From contig NZ_JBAVCF010000417.1 in assembly GCF_049586575.1 (NCBI RefSeq), forward strand, positions 1 through 54,806: a stretch of DNA of 54,806 nt. Reading direction: 5' to 3'. The DNA is from Bradyrhizobium sp. (GTDB taxonomy: Bacteria > Pseudomonadota > Alphaproteobacteria > Rhizobiales > Xanthobacteraceae). The position numbers were made by a program, and so were the translations under genes. Every line of letters begins with the position of its first letter. Positions within the stretch are counted from its first letter, which is position 1. Below, in pieces: positions 47,341-54,806 of this stretch. The notes under the pieces are model-generated. The model was not told the origin of the DNA. It searched no databases and worked only from the letters and a program-made list of their open reading frames with translations.

Positions 47341-49002
47341 TCAGGATGTCGCGGCTACCCGCTCAGGCTCCCCTGCCGTCATCGTAAACCCCCGATAGCC
47401 CGCGGCTGCGACCTCGTCGCAGATGCGACGATAGACGCCGACGCCGCCGATATAGGGCATGAAGATGCGCGGCTTGCCCGGGATGTTGGCGCCCATGTAC
47501 CAGGAATTGGCCTGCGGGTAGACCGTCATCTGCGCCACTTCATTGACGTGCGCGACCCATTGCTCCTCAGCATCGCGGGCCGCTTCCATTGAAACGAGGC
47601 CGCGGCCGCGCATGAAAGCGAGGCAATCGGCGATCCAGTCCACATGCTGCTCGATCGAGACGATCATGTTCGAAAGCACCGACGGGCTACCAGGCCCGGT
47701 GATAATGAAGAGATTCGGAAAGCCCTCGCTCATCAGGCCGAGATAGGTTTTCGGTCCCGCGGCCCATTTCCGGTTCAACGTCCCGCCGTCTCGGCCGCGA
47801 ATATCGATTTTGGCGACTGAGCCAGTCATCGCATCGAAGCCCGTCGCCAGCACCAGTGCGTCTATCTCGTACGTCTTGGCGCCCGCACGCACGGCGTTCG
47901 GCAGGATTTCCTCGATACCGCTGGAGCGGATGTCGACCAGCGTCACGTTTGGGCGGTTGAAGGTTGCGTAATAGTCGGTGTCGACGCAAATCCGCTTGGA
48001 GCCAATCGGATGATTATCCGGTTGAAGACGCCGTGCGGTCGCGGGGTCGCTGACGATTTCGGCGATTTTGTCGCGGACGAAACTCGCCGCCGTATCGTTG
48101 GCAGCCTGATCGAGGAGGAGATTATTGTAGGCCATCATGAAGGTGAGGCCGCCCTTGGCCCAACGCTGCTCATACCTGACGCGCCGCGCGTTCTCGCCGT
48201 CGTCAAGCGCGCCGCGATCGGGCATTTCGGCATAAATGCCGTTGCGCGCCTCTTCACGGGCAAAGCGCCTGATCTCGGGATAGTTCCTGCGAATGGCGTC
48301 ACGTTCCTCATCCGTCAGCGCCGCATTACGCGCCGGAATCGAAAAATTGGGCGTGCGCTGGAAAACAAAGAGATGACGGGCTTGCTCTGCAATCATCGGA
48401 ACTGACTGGATCGCCGAAGAGCCCGTGCCGATCACGCCGACGCGCAAGTCCGTGAAATCGACCCCTTCGTGCGGCCAATGGCCGGTGTGATACACCTTGC
48501 CCTTGAAGACCGGTAAGCCCTTGATGTCCGGCATCCTGGCGTTGGACAGACAGCCGGTCGCCAGCACGACGAATTGAGCCCGCGCGGTCTTTCCGTCCGA
48601 GGTTGCGACCTGCCAAACGCCACGGCTCTCGTCGAATTCGGCACGTTCAACACGGGTGTTGAATACGATGTCGGGACGCAAACCGAAGCGGTCGGCGACA
48701 TGCTGCGCATATTTCAGGATTTCGGGCTGTGGCGCGTAGTGCTCGCTCCAGTTCCATTCCTGCTGCAATTCCTCCGAGAAAGAATAGGAGTACTGCATGC
48801 TCTCGACGTCGCACCGCGCGCCGGGATAACGATTCCAGTACCAGGTGCCGCCGACATCACCGCCCTGTTCATAGACACGCGCCGAAAATCCGAGCGTGCG
48901 GAGCCGGTGCAGCATGTACATTCCGGCAAAGCCGGCGCCGACCACGACGACGTCGAAGGTCTGTTCCCGGCTGTTTTCCGGAACTGGTGGCGCAGCAGGC
49001 AT
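47341..49002 (-). CDS. Type I Baeyer-Villiger monooxygenase
   Basis: GAGFAG, GGTWYWNRYPGARCD, fingerprint FKGKVYHTGHWP, GTGSSAIQ, ATGFD. Confidence 0.95.
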   Translation of the reverse strand: MPAAPPVPENSREQTFDVVVVGAGFAGMYMLHRLRTLGFSARVYEQGGDVGGTWYWNRYPGARCDVESMQYSYSFSEELQQEWNWSEHYAPQPEILKYAQHVADRFGLRPDIVFNTRVERAEFDESRGVWQVATSDGKTARAQFVVLATGCLSNARMPDIKGLPVFKGKVYHTGHWPHEGVDFTDLRVGVIGTGSSAIQSVPMIAEQARHLFVFQRTPNFSIPARNAALTDEERDAIRRNYPEIRRFAREEARNGIYAEMPDRGALDDGENARRVRYEQRWAKGGLTFMMAYNNLLLDQAANDTAASFVRDKIAEIVSDPATARRLQPDNHPIGSKRICVDTDYYATFNRPNVTLVDIRSSGIEEILPNAVRAGAKTYEIDALVLATGFDAMTGSVAKIDIRGRDGGTLNRKWAAGPKTYLGLMSEGFPNLFIITGPGSPSVLSNMIVSIEQHVDWIADCLAFMRGRGLVSMEAARDAEEQWVAHVNEVAQMTVYPQANSWYMGANIPGKPRIFMPYIGGVGVYRRICDEVAAAGYRGFTMTAGEPERVAATS

Positions 49003-49191
49003 CAAGACGCTCCTTTCGAGCCTCAATCGTTGTTAGGCGCAGCATTCTACCGGTTGCTGCAAAGCGCAAGGGTGAAAACCAAAGAGTATCTTCGCTGGCA
49101 TATTCTATACCGCGGAAAGCTTTCATGTCCGCGCGACGTGGTGATAGATTGCTCCCCAAGAAATAATGTAACTCTGGGAGCGGAAACAACG

Positions 49192-50325
49192 ATGAAATCG
49201 CCGGTCTGCGAAATGCTGGGCGTTGAGTTTCCGCTGTTCGCCTTCAGCCATTGCCGCGATGTTGTTGCAGCCGTGAGCCGGGCCGGAGGATTCGGAGTCC
49301 TCGGAGCCACCGTCCATTCGCCCGAGACGCTGGAGCAGGAGCTGAAGTGGATCGACGATCACGTCGACGGCAAGCCGTATGGCCTCGACGTACTCATTCC
49401 GGAAAACATCTCAACCGCTGGCGAGACCGATGTCACCTGGCAAAGCCTTGAGAGACGGATTCCGTCCGAACATCGCGCCTTCACCCGCGATCTCCTGAAG
49501 AAATATGGCATCGAGCTCACAACCACATCCGTCCCCGTCAATACCCCGCAGCCCTTCGACGCGAGGCGCGCGCTGGAGTTGCTCGAGGTCTCGTTCCGCC
49601 ACCCGGTCCGGTTGATTGCCAACGCACTTGGTGTCCCGCCAAAGGCCATGATCCAGATGGGCCGGAAACACGGCGTTCCCGTCGCGGCGCTGGTCGGAGC
49701 CAAGGAACACGCGTTGCGCCAGGTCGCGGCCGGCGTGGATATTCTGGTGGTGCAAGGCACGGAAGCCGGAGGCCATTGCGGCGAAGTCTCCACCATGGTG
49801 CTGGTGCCGGAAGTCATCAAGGCCATCGAGCCCATTCGCGACGTACCGGTGCTGGCGGCGGGCGGCATCATGACCGGGCGGCAGATGGCCGCGTGCATGG
49901 CGATGGGAGCGGCCGGGGTCTGGACCGGTTCGGTCTGGCTCGCCACCACGGAATCCGAGACCAGCGAGATATTTCGCGAGAAGATGATCGCCGCCTCCTC
50001 GCGCGACGCGGTCCGCTCCAAGGGACGTACCGGCAAGCCGGCGCGGCAACTGCGTTCAGTGTGGACGGATGCCTGGGACCGCGATGCCGCCTCTCCCGGT
50101 GCCCTGCCGATGCCGCTTCAAAGCATCATCAGCCGCGACGCCTTTCAATCCATCGACCGTGCCGCCGCGGCGGGCAACGCAAAGGCGCGGGACCTCGTCA
50201 GCTATTTTGTCGGGCAAGGGGTGGGACTGATCGACAGCGTAAAATCAGCAACAGCGGTGGTGCAGGAATTCAAGCAAGATTTTGCCGAAGCGGTGGAGCA
50301 CATGAACGCGCTGGTAGAAGAATAA
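49192..50325 (+). CDS. Nitronate monooxygenase/FabK-like flavoprotein
   Basis: AFSHCRDVVAAVSRAGGFGVLG, QGTEAGGHCG, VLAAGGI, WTGSVWL; GGGAG RBS before ATG 49192. Confidence 0.9.
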   Translation: MKSPVCEMLGVEFPLFAFSHCRDVVAAVSRAGGFGVLGATVHSPETLEQELKWIDDHVDGKPYGLDVLIPENISTAGETDVTWQSLERRIPSEHRAFTRDLLKKYGIELTTTSVPVNTPQPFDARRALELLEVSFRHPVRLIANALGVPPKAMIQMGRKHGVPVAALVGAKEHALRQVAAGVDILVVQGTEAGGHCGEVSTMVLVPEVIKAIEPIRDVPVLAAGGIMTGRQMAACMAMGAAGVWTGSVWLATTESETSEIFREKMIAASSRDAVRSKGRTGKPARQLRSVWTDAWDRDAASPGALPMPLQSIISRDAFQSIDRAAAAGNAKARDLVSYFVGQGVGLIDSVKSATAVVQEFKQDFAEAVEHMNALVEE

Positions 50326-51840
50326 ATGACGATACTTTCCCTCTCCCCCGACCGAATCCCCGTCATTGTCGGGGTTGGCGAAATCACCGATCGACCCCAA
50401 GAGATTACAGATGGCCTTGAGCCCATGACCTTGCTGGTCGAGGCTCTCAAGCGCGCCGAGGCTGACAGCGGCGCTGCGCTGCTTGGCGAAATCGACTCGC
50501 TCGACATCGTCAACTTTCTAAGCTGGCGCTACCGCGATCCGGAAAAGCTGCTCTCGTCCCGTCTCGGCATCACGCCGAAGCACGCTTATTATGGACCGGT
50601 CGGAGGTGAAAGCCCGATCCGCTATCTGAATGAAGCCGCGCAACGCATCGCGCGCGGTGAATCCATCGTGGCTGCCGTTTGCGGCGCCGAAGCGCAGAGC
50701 ACGGCAACGAGGGCCGAACGGGCCGGCATTGCCCTGCCATGGACGCCTTTCGCGAAAGACATTGAGGAGCCCAAGCGCGGCGCGGCATTTCAGAAGCCGA
50801 TCGCGGTCAAGCTCGGCGTCTTCCGACCGGTCAGCGTCTATCCGTTTTACGAGGCAGCCGCCTCGGCCCATTGGGGTCAGACGCCGCGCGAGGCGATGGC
50901 CGAATCCGGTGCGCTCTGGTCCGCCTATTCGCAAGCGGCCTCGGAAAATCCGAATGCCTGGCTGAAGCGGCGCTTTACGCCGGAAGAAATCACGACGCCT
51001 TCGCCGGACAACCGGTTGATCGCGTGGCCCTACACAAAGCTCATGGTTGCCAACCCGACCGTCAATATGGGCGGTGCGCTGCTGATGACGAGCCTCGCCA
51101 AGGCACGGTCTGCGGGCATTCCCGAACACAAACTGATTCACGTGCTCGGAGGAGCATCGGCGGAAGAGCCACGCGACTATCTCGAACGCGACCAGTTCGT
51201 GGAAAGTCACGCGCAGAATGCCGTGCTCGGCGCCGTGACGGATTTGGCCGGCGGCCAAGCCAAGGCCTTCGACGCGATCGAACTCTATAGCTGCTTTCCC
51301 TGCGTGCCAAAGATGGCGCGCCGAACGTTGGGATTGGACCCGGACATCAATCCAACCGTTACCGGCGGCCTGACCTTCTTTGGCGCGCCGCTCAACACCT
51401 ACATGACGCATGCGGCCTGCGCGATGGTGAGGAAGCTGCGCGGCGGCGCGAGGCTCGGCCTGCTTTACGGCCAGGGCGGCTTTGTGACCAAACATCACGG
51501 ACTGGTCTTGTCGCGGCAGGCGTCAGCCGAGCCATTGGCGCAAGAGACGAGCGTCCAGAGCGAGGCCGATCGCCATCGCGGCGCGGTGCCGGCCTTCGTA
51601 ACCGAAGCCGCCGGCATGGCAACAGTCGAAAGCTTCACCGCGATCTACGCCCGCGACAACGCGATCGAACACGGCGTGGTGATGCTGCGGACGTCAAATA
51701 ACGCGCGCACCCTCGCGCGGGTGCCGGCTCACGATCGCGCCACGCTCGCGCATCTATTGGATATGGATCGTAGCCCGGTCGGTTCGTCCGGCGAGATTTT
51801 CCGCGCCGATGACGGGATTTTGGAGTGGCGGACGGCTTGA
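50326..51840 (+). CDS. Thiolase-like protein with an extra C-terminal domain
   Basis: PVIVGVG, VGGESP, IAWPYTKLMVANPTVN, ELYSCFP, TVTGGLTFFGAPLN, TKH; starts immediately after the upstream stop. Confidence 0.85.
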   Translation: MTILSLSPDRIPVIVGVGEITDRPQEITDGLEPMTLLVEALKRAEADSGAALLGEIDSLDIVNFLSWRYRDPEKLLSSRLGITPKHAYYGPVGGESPIRYLNEAAQRIARGESIVAAVCGAEAQSTATRAERAGIALPWTPFAKDIEEPKRGAAFQKPIAVKLGVFRPVSVYPFYEAAASAHWGQTPREAMAESGALWSAYSQAASENPNAWLKRRFTPEEITTPSPDNRLIAWPYTKLMVANPTVNMGGALLMTSLAKARSAGIPEHKLIHVLGGASAEEPRDYLERDQFVESHAQNAVLGAVTDLAGGQAKAFDAIELYSCFPCVPKMARRTLGLDPDINPTVTGGLTFFGAPLNTYMTHAACAMVRKLRGGARLGLLYGQGGFVTKHHGLVLSRQASAEPLAQETSVQSEADRHRGAVPAFVTEAAGMATVESFTAIYARDNAIEHGVVMLRTSNNARTLARVPAHDRATLAHLLDMDRSPVGSSGEIFRADDGILEWRTA

Positions 51841-51855
51841 GGCAGAGGAAGCGCT

Positions 51856-53049
51856 CTACCCCTTCTCGCCCTGCTTGGTCGATACCGTCGCCGGCCGGCC
51901 CTTCGTGCTGACGACACGAACCGGGTCGCCGTCGATGATGCCGTCGGGCGGCGTGCTGATGACGCGGTCATCCAGCGTGATACCGCCCGCAAGCTCGATA
52001 TCGCGCCCAAGATCGCGCGAGATCGTCACAGGCTTGAACAGTATCCGGTTCTCCGGCGTCACTGTCGCCACCCGCAGGCCCTTTTGATCGAAGACGAGCG
52101 CGCTGGAGGGAATGTGCAACGGCACGCCATCGCGCTGAAGAACCAGGCGGACATTGGCAAAGCCCCCCGGCATCAACTCGCCGGCGGAATTGTCGAGGCC
52201 AAGTTGCATCTGCGTCGTTCCCGACGCGATATCGACCGCTTGCGAGGAGGCCTCTACCGTCGCCTCGAACGTCCGGGTCGGATATTCCGGCACCGTAATC
52301 GTCGCCTTGGCGCCGATTTTCACCGAAGGCACGTAGGTCTGCGGCACGTTGACATAGACGCGCAGCTTCTTGATGTCAGAGACGATGAACATTGGCGGTC
52401 CGCTGCCGCCTCCGGCGTTGATGAGCGCGCCGACGTCGGTGTTGCGCGCAGTCACGATGCCGTCGAACGGCACGGTAATCTTCTTGTAACCGGCCAGCGC
52501 TTCGAGCCGTTCGACATTTGCCTGGCTGGAGTTGACGGCGGCGTTCTTGTTGGAGAGGTCGGCGGTACGCTCGTCGATCTCCTGCATCGAAACGAAATTT
52601 GACGCGATCAGCGTTTTGCGGCGGGCCAGCGTTACCTCGGAAAGCTTCGCACTGGCCTGCTGGTTGGCCAGATCGGCACGAGCCTGGAGCAATTGCTGAT
52701 CGAGGTCCGGCGCATCGATTTCGGCGATCACCTCGCCGGCCTTGACCCGCGCGCCGATATCGGCGCTCCAGCTCTTCAGGTAGCCGTTGACGCGCGCGAA
52801 GATCGGCGCACGGTAATAGGCCTCCAGCCGGCCCGGGAGGTCGATCGTTGCCGTCAATGCTCCGGGATCGGCGTAGGTCACCGCGACGGAGGGGATTGCC
52901 TGGTCGTCGGTCCATTCACGCAACTTGACCGTGGTGTCCTCGCGGGCACGGATACCCGTGACCACCAGCGTCAACGCGGCGATAGCGGCAAGTACGCAGA
53001 AAATACCCAGTTTCCGGCGAGAGACCGTCGGGCGCGATTCAGTGGGCAT
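51856..53049 (-). CDS. RND efflux periplasmic adaptor (membrane fusion protein)
   Basis: N-terminal TM, IFARVNGYL, DIGARVKAGEVIAEI, coiled hairpin, VPFDGIVTAR. Confidence 0.94.
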   Translation of the reverse strand: MPTESRPTVSRRKLGIFCVLAAIAALTLVVTGIRAREDTTVKLREWTDDQAIPSVAVTYADPGALTATIDLPGRLEAYYRAPIFARVNGYLKSWSADIGARVKAGEVIAEIDAPDLDQQLLQARADLANQQASAKLSEVTLARRKTLIASNFVSMQEIDERTADLSNKNAAVNSSQANVERLEALAGYKKITVPFDGIVTARNTDVGALINAGGGSGPPMFIVSDIKKLRVYVNVPQTYVPSVKIGAKATITVPEYPTRTFEATVEASSQAVDIASGTTQMQLGLDNSAGELMPGGFANVRLVLQRDGVPLHIPSSALVFDQKGLRVATVTPENRILFKPVTISRDLGRDIELAGGITLDDRVISTPPDGIIDGDPVRVVSTKGRPATVSTKQGEKG

Positions 53050-54806
53050 TCTTCGTCTCCGATGGGACAGCGGCTTTGGCGTCCCGTTTTTTGTGCAGCA
53101 TACTAAAAACCACCGGAACAAACATCAATGTCGCGACGGTTGAAAACATCAGGCCGCCGATCACGGCCCGGCCCAGCGGCGCATTGGCCTCGCCACCGTC
53201 GCCAAGGCCGAGGGACATCGGCAGCATGCCGATGATCATGGCGAGCGCGGTCATCAGCACCGGGCGGATCCGAACAAAACCGGCCTCGATCGCGGCGGCC
53301 ACGGGGTCGCCCAGTTCGTCGTAACGTTCGCGGGCAAAACTGATAACGAGCACGCTGTTGGCGGTGGCAACGCCCATGCACATGATCGCGCCGGTCAGCG
53401 CCGGCACCGACATCGTGGTGTGGGTCGTGAACAGCATCCAGACGATCCCCGCCAGCGCCGCCGGCAGCGCGGTGATGATCACGAACGGATCGGACCAGGA
53501 CTGGAAGTTCACTACGATCAGGAAATAGACCAGCACGATCGCGCCGAGCAGGCCGAACAGCAAACCGGAGAACGAACTGTTCATGGTCTGCACCTGACCA
53601 GAAAGCGCCACCGTGGAGCCCTTCGGCACGTCCTTGGCGGTATCCGCGATTACCCTGCTGATATCCGTCGCGATGCCGCCGAGGTCGCGTCCCTGCGGGG
53701 TCGCGAAAATCTGCACCATCGGCTGAATGTCGTATTGCGAAACCATGGCGCTCGACGTCGTCCGCGTAATGCTGGCGACGCCGCCAAGAATGGGCGCCTG
53801 CGTCGGTACGTTGGAGGTGATCGGCAGTGTCTCCAGCGCGCTGATGGAATCGAGCTGGTATTGCGGCGTCTGCATTACCACCGAGTAGTTCACGCCGTTA
53901 TCAGGGTTGAGATAGTAGGTCGGCGCAACCTGTCCGCTGCCCGACAGATTGACCGTGAGGCTGTTGACGACGTCGCGCTCGGTCAGACCGACATATTGCG
54001 CCCGCGTCCGGTCCACATCGATGTTGAAGGTCGGGTTCTTCATCGATTGCTGAATGCGCGCGTCGGCGACGCCTGGAATCAGGCGAATCTGCTTGAGCAG
54101 GTCGGTGGCGTAAGCGAAGTTCGCATTCAGATTGTTACCCCGGATCTCCAAGTCGATCGGCGCGGGCGCGCCGAAGTTCAGGATCTGGTTGACAATATCA
54201 GCGGGAAGAAAAGCAAAAGTTACGCCAGGGAAGAGCCGCGGTAGCTGCTCGCGCATCGCCTTCACGTAGCTTTCAGTCGGCGGATGATTCTCCACCAGCT
54301 TGATTTGAACATCGCCGTCCTGCGGGCCCATCACGCCGGTATTGTTATAGGTCATGTTGATGCCGGAGATCGGCATGCCGATGTTGTCGGCCATCGTCTC
54401 GATCTGATCCGGCGGGATGATCTTGCGGATGGCTTTTTCAATATCCGTGAACCGGTTTGCGCTTTCCTCCAGACGGGTGCCGACCTGAAGGCGCACATGC
54501 ATCAGAATCTGGCCGGCATCGACCGAGGGGAAGAAGTTCTGCCCGAGATACGGGACCATCACGAACGAGGCGGCAATAAAACCCAGAAAGCCGATCACGA
54601 AGGTCGGACGGTGGCGCAGCGCGAGCGTCAGCAGATCGCGATAGCCGTTGCGGAAGCGTTCGAACCTGGCCTCGAAGCCGCGCTGGAACCAGACCAGCGG
54701 ATTGCGCGTCGGCGGCAACGCCGCGCCGTGCTCATGCTGATGCGGCTTCAGCAGGTACATCGCCATCGTCGGCACCAGCGTTCGCGACAGGATGAACGAC
54801 CAGATC
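53039..54806 (-). CDS. RND efflux permease (AcrB/CusA superfamily), C-terminal part (5' end beyond the window)
   Basis: FFPSVDAG, LIVVNFQSW, GVATANSVL, RIRPVLMTALAMIIGMLP, APLGRAVIGG. Confidence 0.95.
   Translation of the reverse strand, partial: IWSFILSRTLVPTMAMYLLKPHQHEHGAALPPTRNPLVWFQRGFEARFERFRNGYRDLLTLALRHRPTFVIGFLGFIAASFVMVPYLGQNFFPSVDAGQILMHVRLQVGTRLEESANRFTDIEKAIRKIIPPDQIETMADNIGMPISGINMTYNNTGVMGPQDGDVQIKLVENHPPTESYVKAMREQLPRLFPGVTFAFLPADIVNQILNFGAPAPIDLEIRGNNLNANFAYATDLLKQIRLIPGVADARIQQSMKNPTFNIDVDRTRAQYVGLTERDVVNSLTVNLSGSGQVAPTYYLNPDNGVNYSVVMQTPQYQLDSISALETLPITSNVPTQAPILGGVASITRTTSSAMVSQYDIQPMVQIFATPQGRDLGGIATDISRVIADTAKDVPKGSTVALSGQVQTMNSSFSGLLFGLLGAIVLVYFLIVVNFQSWSDPFVIITALPAALAGIVWMLFTTHTTMSVPALTGAIMCMGVATANSVLVISFARERYDELGDPVAAAIEAGFVRIRPVLMTALAMIIGMLPMSLGLGDGGEANAPLGRAVIGGLMFSTVATLMFVPVVFSMLHKKRDAKAAVPSETKNAH

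Noticed and set aside
1..54806. CRISPR array, tRNA/rRNA, IS, integrase, prophage or defence genes
   Set aside because: No spaced direct repeats, RNA-gene signatures or matching protein motifs found; nearly all sequence is explained by the genes listed.

Overview
High-GC alphaproteobacterial chromosomal segment. Gene content and intergenic repeats point to Bradyrhizobium or a close Nitrobacteraceae relative (inference). Left to right: (1) edge of the hopanoid locus: 5' end of hpnC, two small secreted proteins and an MMPL/RND lipid transporter; (2) eutB-hpnP-eutC, where hpnP and eutC form one uninterrupted 789-aa reading frame because a TCA sits where the hpnP stop is expected; (3) two chemoreceptors, a stand-alone Cache protein and an unannotated 49-aa membrane-peptide ORF, the last two with CtrA-like boxes; (4) an Ldh_2/aldolase/UxaA-type acid catabolic operon whose ABC transporter has collapsed into a ~290-bp deletion/inversion scar; (5) a homoprotocatechuate (hpa) operon with hpaH apparently reduced to a stub and an orphan binding-protein gene inserted; (6) alkB and a 2OG-Fe(II) oxygenase; (7) an uncharacterised block with a Liv-type ABC importer, split AtuA pair, amidase and DUF2848, divergent from DUF35, thiolase, SDR and two lactonases; (8) ppc, a fatty-acyl/Baeyer-Villiger cluster and the 3' part of an RND efflux operon. 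No rRNA, tRNA, CRISPR array, transposase, integrase or phage gene was recognised. All product calls come from reading motifs and recalling family sequences; no database search was run.
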